Assembly (NCBI GenBank): GCA_963824565.1
Contig: CAWGQB010000020.1
Span: forward strand, 67,575 to 131,574
Source of the DNA: an uncultured Pseudomonadota bacterium
GTDB taxonomy: Bacteria; Desulfobacterota; Binatia; Binatales; Binataceae
Direction of reading: 5' to 3'
Length of the DNA stretch: 64,000 nt
Shown here one piece after another: positions 1-10,307 of this stretch. Each line of letters opens with the position of its first letter. Position 1 is the first letter of the stretch. The notes beneath the pieces were generated by a model. It worked only from the letters and a program-made list of their open reading frames with translations. It was not told where the DNA came from and made no database searches. The position numbers and the translations under genes are program-made.

Positions 1-6
1 AAACCG

Positions 7-425
7 TTAACCCTGATTTGCTGGACGAAACATTGGCAAGGTCACTTCATCATCAAGCTTCTCAAACGATACCTTTACCGGCATTCCGCATTTGATTTCA
101 TGCGGGCTGATTCCAATCACATTGGAAAGCATCTTGGCGCCTTCCTTAAGCTTGACCATCGCCACTGCATAAGGCACCTGGGTGGCGAATGCCGGGATGG
201 TAGACCCGATGCATGACGATGAAACTATAGACCTCGCCCTCCCCGCTTACCGGGGTCCAGGAAGCCTCACGCGACAGGCAGTTGGAACACATCCGGCGCG
301 GTGGAAACCGTAAGCGTCCCGCAACTGTCGCACTTTTGCACGACCAGTTGTCCCTGCTTGCTGGCTTCAAAAAATGGCTGTAACTCTGGTGTTATTTGCG
401 GTATCGGTCTTATTACTTCTGCCAT
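7..425 (-). CDS. Zn-ribbon/OB-fold protein (DUF35, ChsH2 C-terminal-like); frameshifted in this assembly
   Basis: Stitched across frames: MAEVIRPIPQITPELQPFFEASKQGQLVVQKCDSCG..RFPPRRMCSNC...GEGEVYSFIVMHR...VPYAVAMVKLKEG...; CxxC..CxxC ribbon plus OB-fold; downstream of the thiolase-like gene. Confidence 0.8.
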
Positions 426-520
426 CTGGCATATCTCCCGACCCGATCACGCCGCTCGTTTGAACCCTCTTCCGCCAGCGGCACGCCAGGTCAAATACTG
501 ATGTTGATGTGAAGCGTCTC

Positions 521-1689
521 TTATGGCGCGGTGCCGAGAACCAGGGTGGAGTGGGTCGACAGGATGCCACCGTTGCCGGAAACCAGACACAGGTCGTGCT
601 TGGGAACCTGACGCTTTCCGCCTTCACCGCGCACCTGGATGACGCCCTCCGACAGCGGCGTCATGCCCCACATATAGTACGAACTTAGTTGACCGCCGCC
701 GGTATTTACCGGAATCGAGCCACCAGGGCCAATCCGGCCGTCGGCTACAAAAGGGCCGCCTTCGCCCTTGGCACAAAAGCCATAGTCTTCCAGGGTCACC
801 AGCACCGTGATGGTATAGCAATCATAAAACTCGGCTACATTGATGTCCTTCAAATTCGACCCCGGCCATCTTGAACGCGACCTGCTTGGCCATCGGAGCG
901 CCCGACGCCAGGGTGTCGACCGGATCGCCGCCGGGATGGCCTTGGCCCATGCCCAGGATGTAGACCGGCGGCTTTTTCATATCGCGGGCGCGGTCGGCGG
1001 CGGTGACGATCACGCATACGGCGCCGTTGCTAACCAGGCAACAGTCAAAAAGATGCAACGGCTCGGCGACCCATCGCGAGTTATGGTAATCTTCGATTGT
1101 CAATGGCACGTCGTGGAACTCGGCGATGGGATTAAGGTTCGCCCACTTCCGTTCGGCCAGTGCAATCGCGCCAAGTTGATCGTGGGTGGTGCCGTAAATA
1201 TACATATGACGCTGCGCGACCATCGCGTAGCCGGAATTGGCGCCGAACAGTCCATAGGAGGCATCCAGACCCGCGAGCAAAGCCATACGCGGCGCCACCG
1301 CCGCCACCTTTCGCGTTGGGTTTGGGCGGCTTCAAGGGAGCGTCGGCGAAAATGCAAGCCACGGTGTTTGCCAGTCCCGCATCGATCGCCATCGCGGCAT
1401 GCATCACGATACCGGCCGCGCTGGCGCCGCCAAGGTTGGTGGTTGCGGTCAACCGGATGTCCTTGATCCCCATGACCTGTTGCACGGTGTACGAGGCCAT
1501 CAGATCGCTGCCCCAGGTTAGGCCAGGATTGACCAGAATGCCGTCCAGGTCAGAGCGGCTCAGTCCCGCGTCTTTCAAGGCCAATTCAATCGCCTCGACG
1601 GCGAAACCTACGGCATTCGGATGGTCGAAGTTCTTGCCCATCCTGGTGATACCCAAGCCAGCGATAGCGGTCTTTCCCCGCAGACTCAT
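521..1689 (-). CDS. Thiolase-family protein (SCP2/Ltp2-type, probable aldolase); two frameshifts
   Basis: MSLRGKTAIAGLG start; DCCLVSNGA, AEFYDCYT and NTGGGQLS motifs spread over ORFs 1132-1854, 822-1307 and 521-853; no catalytic Cys at the LGGASAA position. Confidence 0.85.
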
Positions 1690-2040
1690 GGCGTTCCTCC
1701 TGCGTCGACAGTTCAAGGCCAAGTCATAATCGACGGCAGGATCATAGTCCAACCCGGCGCCAACGGCAAAAATTAACAGCCGGCGTGACAGGCGTGGCGT
1801 GAGCCCGCGCCGCCGCATCCGCGCCATTGCGACTTGCGGGCACCTGTGGCACATGTTCCCTTCTGTCCTGATACTTCGTAGAATATTGCCACAATTGCCG
1901 ATGGATTCCCGAATTAGACAGTGTTCCGGCCGTTGCCGGAACGTTAATATGAATATGCCGGTGCGCTATGGGCGGCCGGCTGGCCGGGTAAATTGCGGTC
2001 AAATGCCGCTTAAGCTTAATCTGTTGAAAGAGGTTTCTAA

Positions 2041-3322
2041 ATGGCGCAGCCGCTGACATTTCAGGCATTGCCAAGCCGCGAGTACGTTCTATCCAGCGCG
2101 GAAAACTTCGTCCTCTATGTTCTCCTAGAGGCGATTGCTCAAGGCGGCGCGGGAGCGCGTCTGCCGCTTAATCTGGGCGTCGTGCTGGATCGCTCCGGCT
2201 CGATGTACGACGAGCGCCGGCTCGAATTTGTGATCGAGGCGGTCAAATTCCTGATCGACAATCTCAGTCCCGAGGACAAAGTCACTATCGTCGCCTTCGC
2301 CGACAAGGCGCAGGTGCTGACCTCCGGCGCCGCGAGCGATAGGGCCGGCGCCAAGCGTGCCATCGATGACATCGACCTGTTGGAGATCGGCGGGGGCACG
2401 CAGATGGCGCTGGGGATGCGCGCCGCTATCGATGAGGTCCGGAAGAATCTCACGCCGCAACGGCTCAACCGCGTGCTGGTGCTGACCGACGGCCAAACCT
2501 ACGAGGAGATGGCCTGCGTGGATCTCATCCGTCAGAACCCCGACATCCAGTTCTCCGCCATGGGCGTGGGCGTGGAGTTCAACGAGAAGCTGCTGATGCG
2601 GATTTCGCAGGACTCCGGCGGCAAATATCACTTCATTGGCGATTCCACCGAGATCCCCTCGATTTTCGAGGACGAATTGACGGGTCTGCGCGCGGTCGCA
2701 ATCCGCAATGGCCGCATCGATCTGGTGCTGTCGCAGGGCGTGCAAATCCGCGAAGGCTTCCGGGCCAGCCCGGAGATCTACGCCCTGGGTGAGCCGCTGG
2801 TTGGAGAAGACCGCAAAATCAGCTATCAGATCGGCGACCTCGAAGCGGGCGTTCCGGCTTCCGTGTTGATCACCCTGGTGCTGCCGCCGCGCAAGGCAGG
2901 AGCGGTGCGCATCGCACAAACCAGCTTCCATTACCAGATTCCGGGTTCAGCCGAGCAATCGGTCGGGCTTGACGTGACCGTCGACTACACCCTGGATCGG
3001 ACCCTGACCAGCAAAGTCAACGGCCGGGTGATGAATCTGGTCGACCAGGTGTCGATCGCCAAGCTGCAAAACAAGGCGGAAGAGGAGCTCAAAGCGGGTA
3101 ACGTCGATCGCGCCACCCGTCTGCTGACCAACGCCATTCAGGGCACGCAACGGCTGGGTAACATCAAGGCTACCCAAGCTTTGAGCGGCCTGATGGACCA
3201 GATTCAGCAGACCCAAAACCTCGGCAGCAAGGCCGCGAAGACCCAGACTGCTCAACGCGCAGGCGGTGGTGCGCAAGACTCAGATGCTCGACCCGGATAT
3301 GTTGAAAGAGATAAAGGAATGA
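2041..3322 (+). CDS. von Willebrand factor A domain protein with Ig-like and helical C-terminal region
   Basis: Intact MIDAS: DRSGSM, GGT, LTDG. A probable +1 indel near 3244 gives the end ...KTRLLNAQAVVRKTQMLDPDMLKEIKE* (TGA 3320-3322). Confidence 0.85.
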
Positions 3323-3397
3323 ACCATATCCTAAACCACCGCAAGGGCGACCGCGCGCAGCGGGCCGCCAACCAGAGGCGAGAGGTTAAGAGGCAAG

Positions 3398-4075
3398 ATG
3401 ATTAAGTGCAACGAATGCGGCTACGAAAACATGGACGGGCTAGACTACTGCGATAGCTGCGGGATCAAGCTTAATCAGGGGGCTGCGTCCCCCGAAGCGG
3501 CTCCTGCCGCTGCACCAGACGCGCCGACCGGTGCTATTGGCGCTCCTCCCAATCCTCCCGAATCAGGCCCGGCGCAGGCCTCTGCGGGGGTTGAACCGCA
3601 GGTCGCGCCAGAGCCGGCCGCGCCGCGAGAGCCAGCCTTTGTCCAGGAGGCCGTCATCCAACCCGCGCCGTCGCCGCGGCTCCAGAACCGCCCGCAGCAG
3701 CCACTCCGCAGCCTGCCGCGGCCATGCCCCCTGCTTTCAAAGCCAAGCTGAAAATCGTGCGAGGCGGGCGTCAGGGACAGGAATTTCCGCTGGAGGGAGG
3801 CAACAACCTGGTCGGTCGATGGGACCCCGAGACCGGATCATTTCCGGAGGTCGATCTCGAAGCCGACGATCCTGAAGCCAAGATCTCGCGCAAGCATGCG
3901 TTGATCCGGATCGACGGTCAGCAAGATCACCGTCGAAGATATCGGCAGCCTTAACGGTACCTACGTAAATCGCCAGCCGCGGCTGGCCCCGGGCGCCCCG
4001 CATGACCTTAAGGACGGAGACGAGATTATCATCGGCAAAACGTTCTTCAAGGTGGTGATCGAGCCGGTTTCCTGA
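3398..4075 (+). CDS. Double Zn-ribbon - Pro/Ala linker - FHA domain protein; frameshifted
   Basis: CNECG..CDSCG at the N-terminus; FHA motifs GR, ISRKH and [11 protein letters not shown] across three frames; stop TGA 4073-4075. Confidence 0.85.
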
Positions 4076-4148
4076 AGCGTTGGTGAGTAGCGGGAGCAGT
4101 TTACAGTTTTTGGACGACTCCCGTGGCAGTGTCAGCAGGATATTTCAG

Positions 4149-5686
4149 ATGAAAACCGGCGATCCGCTTCCGACCGGCCATGAACTCGACGGCCGATATC
4201 GAGTCGGCAAAATCATCGGGGTCGGCGGCATGGGACGGGTTTACATGGCCAACGATACGCGTCTGGCCAACCGTCCGGTCGCGGTCAAAGAGATGTTGGT
4301 CGGGGAGGGGCTTCACGAGCAAAAGGCAGTAGAGGATTTCGCCCGCGAGGCACGAGTTCTGGCCCCGCTCTCCCATCCTGGCATTCCCAATCTGATCGAC
4401 TATTTCGCCGAGCGCGGCCGCCATTACCTGGTGATGGAATACATCGCGGGCGGCGACCTGCAGGGATGGCTGGACGAGCGCGGCGCGGGCGCACGCGTGC
4501 CCGAGCAACAGGTGATGCGCTGGGCGCGCGAGATCCTTGACGTGTTGTGCTTCCTCCACGTCCAGAACCCACCGATTGTTTATCGCGACCTCAAGCCCGG
4601 AAACATCATGATCGATCAGCACGGGCGCGCGATGATCATCGATTTCGGCATCGCGCGCTTTCTCCCGCCCGGCGGACGCGGAACCCAGATCGGTTCGGTC
4701 GGTTATGCCCCGCCGGAGCAATACCTGGGCAAGCTGGAGCCGAGGTCGGATCTCTACTCACTGGGCGCCACAATGCACCATCTGCTGACCGGGCGCGACC
4801 CTCAGCTTGAACCCCCGTTCAGCTTTCCGCCGGTACGGCAACTTGCGCCCGAGGTCTCGGCGGAGGTCGAGCGCGTCGTGATGTGGGCCTTGGAACGCGA
4901 CGCGGAGAAGCGGCCGCAATCAGCCGTGGCGATGCTCCAGGCGCTGCCGCGCGCGGCGACTGAGGGCGACCCCTGGATTGCGCAGAACTCGGGGGGCGAA
5001 CCAGCGGCCTCATCACTGTCGATGATGCGGACCCAAGTGCTGACCAAACCTGGCCCGGCACCGACGGCGCAGAATACACTTCGAATCCACTCGACCAGCG
5101 CGCGCGCCAGCCCCGGTTACTTCGGGCATTTCACCCACCGCGAAGACCGCGGACTTAAGGGGCAAGCGTCAAATCCGCCGCCACCCCCAGGCCGGTCCCA
5201 CGGCCCGCGCCGCCACCGGTGCGAGTTACGCCGCCATCGGCACCGGTCCCAGCGCGTCCCATTGTCCAAGCTCGGTCCGCAGCGCCGGTAGCAAGCCCCT
5301 CGCGACCCGCAAGCCCTGCGCCGCGCAACGGAGCGGCCCCGGTTGCGGCCGCAGTCAGCGCCACCGAGCAGGCCAGCCTGGTCTCCAAGACTGAGGCGAT
5401 GCGCTTCGGTATCCGGGCTGTTAAAATGACGATTGGACGCCATCTCGAACCGGCTGACCAAATCGATATTGACCTGGGTGTGCTCAAAATCGGCGGCGAC
5501 CGTGTGTCCCGCCGTCATGCCGAAATCATCAAACGCGGTGAGGATTATTTCATTCGCGACCTCGGCAGCCTCAACGGCACGTTCATTCTCGGTCAGGGAC
5601 GGCTCGGCCGCGACCAACTCTACAAATTGCGCGACCGCGATCAGGTGGTAATCGGCGGCACCACATTGGAGTTCCGAAGAGGCTGA
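4149..5686 (+). CDS. Hanks-type Ser/Thr protein kinase with C-terminal FHA domain; frameshift in the linker
   Basis: GVGGMG, VAVKE, YRDLKPGN, DFG, APPE. ORF 5219-5686 has FHA motifs IGR, VSRRH and SLNGT; the Pro-rich linker runs across the frame change. Confidence 0.85.
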
Positions 5687-5691
5687 AAAGC

Positions 5692-7851
5692 ATGATCACG
5701 TGTCCGGATTGCGGGCAGAAGTCTCCCGACGAAGCGCGATTTTGCGAACAGTGCGGGCGCGGCTTGCACGATGCGCCGCCGCCGGCCGCAGCACTGCCGC
5801 CGCTCGCCGTCGGCAGCCAATTGCAGGGCCGTTTCAAGCTGGTCGAGGTGATTAGCCAGAACTCGCAGGAAAATCGCTATCGCGCGGTTGCCTTGGACGA
5901 CGAGGCGAAGCGGTTCGTGCTCCGCGAACGACTGGCACCGGTTCCTGAGCAAGAGGAGGCGGCAGCGGAGAGGAACGACGCCGCGGCGGCTTCAGAAGAG
6001 AACCCGGCGGGTCCCTTGGCGAAGACCCGTGACCTCGCGCCGCTTGCGCGCGCAGCATTGGCGCACCACGAGGCGAGCACAGATGCGACCGCCGCCGATA
6101 CTGGAGAGCCGGATGGCGGTTCATTTCAAGAGCTGCAGGCTGAGTCCGCGCAGACGCCGCATGCGGCGCAAGATGCGCCTCCTCAGCCCGAAGCTCAATC
6201 AGTCGGCGAAGCCCAAACGGTCGGCGAAGCCCAATCGATTAATGGTCATCTGCAAGCGGATGAAGCGCAACTCTCGGTCGCGGCGGCGTCTGAAGCGGGC
6301 GACGAGACTCAGGCGGCAGAAGCCGATGAAGGGGCATTGGGAAACGGCGACGCCGAAACCCCGTCTGCGCCGCCACGATCCGACTTGGGCGAGATATTCG
6401 AGCGGGTCCTGGCGCTTTCGCGTACGATCGGCCATCCGGCATACTTTCCCGCCCAGGATGGCTTTGCCGAAGACGGTCGCGTCTATTTGGTCTACGCCGA
6501 CGAGCTGCTTAAGCCGTTTACCTCCAAAAGGCGGGGTTCGATCGAGATGCCCGAGCATGAAGCCCTAAGCGTCGCGATCCAAATCTGCCAGGCGGTTTCG
6601 TATCTGCATAACCGCGGCATGCGGGTTAACGATATCTGCCCCGCCTCGCTCGCCTACGGCGCCGACGGACGAATCAAGCTGACCAGCCTCGACTACATCA
6701 GCAACGACAACGAGTTGCAGTCTGATCCGATCCTTAACGACGGCTACACCGCGCCCGAGATCTATCGCGGCAAGAGCGTGGATAAGCGGGCCGATGTCTT
6801 TTCGATCGGCTGCCTGCTGTATACCTGTCTGACCGGCGAACGAATCGAATGTGAGACCTGGCGCGAGGAGGCCACCCCGATCCGGTTCTATCCGCCACAC
6901 GTAATTTCCCCTGACCTGGAGCGGGTGCTGCGCGGGGCCCTGGGCTTCAAGCCGGTCGCCCGCTGGCCGGGCGCCGAACAGTTCAAGGCCGAACTGCTCA
7001 AGCTGAACTCGCGCCTTGAGATCCGTTCGAGCTGTCTGACCGACGTGGGAATCGTGCGCGAGGCCAACGAAGACTCAATAATGGCGCTGGAGTTTATGCA
7101 GGATTCCCAGATCGCGCCCGGACGCCATTATCTTTATGTTGTATCCGACGGGATGGGTGGTGCGGAAGCGGGAGAAACCGCCAGCGCGATTGCCGTCGAA
7201 ACGATACAGGATTATGTTGAGCAAGGGGTTTCTAAACTCAGTGTTAGCCCTCATGCTCAAACCGCTGGCGCACCGGAAACCTCGGCGGCCGTCAATGCCG
7301 CGCCTGGTCAGTCTGCTGGTACACTTGAGCAGATCCTTCAAGCCGCCTTGGAAGAAGCCAACCGCAAAATCGTCGAGCACCAAGTGGACCATCCGGAACG
7401 TCGCGGCATGGGAGCAACAGCTGTGGGTGCGTTGATTGCGCCGCCGGACGCCGTCGTTGCCTGGGTGGGAGACAGCCGTGCCTACTTGCTGGAAGGCGGA
7501 CGGCTGCGCCTACTGACCAAAGATCATTCATTGGTGCAGCGATTGGTCGAGGTCGGACAGATTACCGCCGAAGAAGCGCGCAACCACGAGCACAAGAACG
7601 TGATTACGCGCTCGCTGGGTGCCCGCACCAATGGTCCGGCCGGAGCTGAAGTATTGAAGCTGAGGCTCAAGCGCGGCGATCGCCTGATGCTTTGTAGTGA
7701 TGGATTAATCGCTCATGTGGAGGATTCCGCGATTGCGGAGATCCTGGCCCGCCGGGAGGATCCGGCCGAGGCGGGCCGCGAATTGGTGGTGGCGGCCAAT
7801 GCCGGTGGTGGAACCGATAACATCTCTGTGATTGTCATAGACGCCCAATAG
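5692..7851 (+). CDS. Zn-ribbon - degenerate kinase - PP2C/PPM Ser/Thr phosphatase fusion
   Basis: CPDC..CEQC; kinase C-lobe GYTAPE and ADVFSIG but with VNDICPAS and no DFG; intact PP2C motifs REANED, SDGMGG, GDSRAY, TRSLG, CSDGL, DNIS. Confidence 0.9.
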   Translation: MITCPDCGQKSPDEARFCEQCGRGLHDAPPPAAALPPLAVGSQLQGRFKLVEVISQNSQENRYRAVALDDEAKRFVLRERLAPVPEQEEAAAERNDAAAASEENPAGPLAKTRDLAPLARAALAHHEASTDATAADTGEPDGGSFQELQAESAQTPHAAQDAPPQPEAQSVGEAQTVGEAQSINGHLQADEAQLSVAAASEAGDETQAAEADEGALGNGDAETPSAPPRSDLGEIFERVLALSRTIGHPAYFPAQDGFAEDGRVYLVYADELLKPFTSKRRGSIEMPEHEALSVAIQICQAVSYLHNRGMRVNDICPASLAYGADGRIKLTSLDYISNDNELQSDPILNDGYTAPEIYRGKSVDKRADVFSIGCLLYTCLTGERIECETWREEATPIRFYPPHVISPDLERVLRGALGFKPVARWPGAEQFKAELLKLNSRLEIRSSCLTDVGIVREANEDSIMALEFMQDSQIAPGRHYLYVVSDGMGGAEAGETASAIAVETIQDYVEQGVSKLSVSPHAQTAGAPETSAAVNAAPGQSAGTLEQILQAALEEANRKIVEHQVDHPERRGMGATAVGALIAPPDAVVAWVGDSRAYLLEGGRLRLLTKDHSLVQRLVEVGQITAEEARNHEHKNVITRSLGARTNGPAGAEVLKLRLKRGDRLMLCSDGLIAHVEDSAIAEILARREDPAEAGRELVVAANAGGGTDNISVIVIDAQ
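6190..6237 (+). repeat. 18-bp in-frame tandem repeat (~2.7 copies; EAQSVG EAQTVG EAQS)
   Basis: gaagctcaatcagtcggc gaagcccaaacggtcggc gaagcccaatcg inside the acidic linker. Confidence 0.7.
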
Positions 7852-7854
7852 CCC

Positions 7855-10215
7855 ATGGCCAATCCCGCACAGGACGGAGCCGATACCGGACCATTACCGG
7901 GCGGGACCCTGCTCCAGAATCGCTATCTGATACAAAAGCTGATCGGCGGAGGCGGCATGGGAGTGGTCTACCTGGCGCAGGACCAGCGCCTGGCCAACCG
8001 CTCGTGCGCGCTCAAAGAGATGGTCGATCATTTCATCGACCCCCAGCAGCGCCGCGAGGCCAACGAATATTTCGCCCGCGAAGCCGACACCCTGGCCCAA
8101 CTGCGCCATCCCGCGATCCCCGGGATCAGCGACCGCTTCGACCATGCCAATCGCCATTACCTGGTGATGGAATACGTCGAGGGTCGTAACCTCGAGGAGG
8201 AAATGGCTGCGCTCGGCCATCCGCTGGACGAGGGACTGGCCATCGATATTGCCCGGCAGTTGTGCGAGGTGCTCTCCTATCTGCACAACTTCACACCGCC
8301 GATCGTTTACCGCGACATGAAGCCCTCCAACGTGATGCTCACGCCCAAGGGCAAAGTGATGCTGATCGATTTCGGCATCGCGCGCCTGTTCAAGGTGGCG
8401 AGCAAAGGCACTATGATCGGCACGCTGGGCTTCGCGCCGCCCGAACAGTACCAGGGGCTGGTCGATCCGCGCAGCGACATCTACTCGCTGGGAGCAACGC
8501 TCCACTACGTCCTGACCGGCCGCGACCCCGAGAAGTTTCCGCCCTTCAGCTTCCCGCCCGTCGGCTCGTTGCGCGCCGACCTTTCTCAAAACCTCGCCGG
8601 AGCAATCGACCGGGCGCTGAGCTACACCCCCGAAGGCAGGCCGCAAACCGTCAACGAATTCCGGGACATGATGCTCTATGGGACGGGCCTGACCACGGCT
8701 CCGCTCAGTGTCAACCCCAAGAGCGGAACGGCGGATCTGAGTCAGGTCACCGTGCTGATCGCGCCACCGGCACGCAAGCCGCGAAGCGGATTGCGCCGGG
8801 CGATGGGATTTCTGATCTTCACGCTGTTCCTCGGCTCGTTGGCCTTCGGTGCGACGTACATCTACTCCAATCCGGAACTGCAAACCCAGCTTGGGATCAA
8901 GGCCCTGATTGATGGGCTGCCATGGAAACATCAGGAACTGGTCGATAAGGCGCGCGAGCATCCGCTGGAGTTTCAACGGGTAACGCTGCAGCTCTCGACG
9001 CGCGAAGGCAGTCCGCTCTCCGCGCCGAAGGCCAGGTTCCTCAATACCGAATTGTCCGGCAACCCTTATCTGGCTTGGGTGGCGAGCTTTAAGAACAGCT
9101 TGGCGGGTCTGGAAGGAAGTAGCGAAAAGGTGGTGGCGAAATTCTTTGACCCTAACGGTCTGCAAATTGCCTCCAGCGACAGCTCACGTTTTATCGGACC
9201 GGCATCGAAACAGGTCGACTTCAGCGGCGTGGCGTTGATCCCCAATTTGAGCGACCATCCGCTTGGCAATTATAGGGTGGAACTGTTCTCAGGCGACCAG
9301 CAACTGGCCGCGCAACAGTTCTCCGTGGACCAGGATGTCACCGCCGAACTCAAGGAAAAGGCGGAGAAGGAGGCGGAGGCGGCCCGCGCGCTGGCGGCCG
9401 AGGAGGAACGCAAGGCTGCAGTCGAGAAGCTGGCTAAGATTGAAGAATTTCGGCGCCGTCCGCTCCAACTGCTCTCGATCGAATTTCAGAACACGACTAA
9501 AAGCGGGACCCCGATCTCCGGCGCCACCCAGACCTTCGACGCGGCCAAGGTGTTGTTCGTGGGTTGGCAGGTCAATTTCAAAAACCGTCTGTTCGGCCTC
9601 GATATGAACCAATATCGGGTCGATGCCGCCTACATCGCTCCTGATGGGCATACCTTGGGCAGCGTCGATGATTATCGGATGGTCTCCGATAAAGCGAAAA
9701 CCGCTGTCTTCACTGGCAGAATCGGCAATTCTTCGGGCAATGCCTTCCTGCCTGGCCTGTACGCCGTGAACTTCTACCTCAACGGGCAGTACCTGGCCCA
9801 GCGCAGATTCCGCGTCGTGTCGGTTACCGCCAGCCTCAATCCCAGCATCGGACTGCCTCCTGCCTCCTCTTCCACTTCTTCGGGACTGATGGGGGCGGCG
9901 CTACCCAACCTGGATAGTCCAACCGTGGCCAGTGGCAGAATCGACGGCTTGGCCGGTAAAGACAATGTGCCGATGGAGATCAGGCTGCGCCCGCAGCCCA
10001 ATGGGTTTCTCCATGGCGAACTGGTGATTCATGAGCCCGGCTATGGACTTACTCCGATCGACGGTTTCGTTCGCGGAAGTCACATTGAATTTCAGGTCCC
10101 CTATGGCAGCAGAGTCCTGTATTTCGAGGGCCAGCGCCGCCGTGAGCAAATGAGCGGCAGCTTCCAGTCGGAGCCTGCCGGTGAACGAGGGAATTGGAGC
10201 GCGCGGGTGGACTGA
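7855..10215 (+). CDS. Transmembrane Ser/Thr kinase with two repeated beta-rich extracytoplasmic domains
   Basis: GGGGMG, ALKE, YRDMKPSN, DFG, APPE; TM helix AMGFLIFTLFLGSLAFGATYIY; two ~120-aa internal repeats separated by an E/A/K-rich coiled coil. Confidence 0.9.
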   Translation: MANPAQDGADTGPLPGGTLLQNRYLIQKLIGGGGMGVVYLAQDQRLANRSCALKEMVDHFIDPQQRREANEYFAREADTLAQLRHPAIPGISDRFDHANRHYLVMEYVEGRNLEEEMAALGHPLDEGLAIDIARQLCEVLSYLHNFTPPIVYRDMKPSNVMLTPKGKVMLIDFGIARLFKVASKGTMIGTLGFAPPEQYQGLVDPRSDIYSLGATLHYVLTGRDPEKFPPFSFPPVGSLRADLSQNLAGAIDRALSYTPEGRPQTVNEFRDMMLYGTGLTTAPLSVNPKSGTADLSQVTVLIAPPARKPRSGLRRAMGFLIFTLFLGSLAFGATYIYSNPELQTQLGIKALIDGLPWKHQELVDKAREHPLEFQRVTLQLSTREGSPLSAPKARFLNTELSGNPYLAWVASFKNSLAGLEGSSEKVVAKFFDPNGLQIASSDSSRFIGPASKQVDFSGVALIPNLSDHPLGNYRVELFSGDQQLAAQQFSVDQDVTAELKEKAEKEAEAARALAAEEERKAAVEKLAKIEEFRRRPLQLLSIEFQNTTKSGTPISGATQTFDAAKVLFVGWQVNFKNRLFGLDMNQYRVDAAYIAPDGHTLGSVDDYRMVSDKAKTAVFTGRIGNSSGNAFLPGLYAVNFYLNGQYLAQRRFRVVSVTASLNPSIGLPPASSSTSSGLMGAALPNLDSPTVASGRIDGLAGKDNVPMEIRLRPQPNGFLHGELVIHEPGYGLTPIDGFVRGSHIEFQVPYGSRVLYFEGQRRREQMSGSFQSEPAGERGNWSARVD

Positions 10216-10307
10216 ACCCTTGCCGTTTCTCCGGCGCTTGGTCATCCTGAACTGGAAATGGAGCGGGAGCGCGGTGCGCTGACCGATTGCCCCGATTTTT
10301 CTCGACG

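Noticed and set aside
5219-5686. Separate stand-alone FHA gene
   Set aside because: No RBS or good start; the Pro-rich linker continues from the kinase in another frame, so it is treated as the kinase C-terminus (a separate gene cannot be fully excluded)
2041-10215. Identification as the canonical TerY-P triad or a T6SS PpkA/PppA/Fha module
   Set aside because: The vWA is ~430 aa with extra domains, there are three FHA proteins and two active kinases, and no ter or T6SS structural genes are in the window
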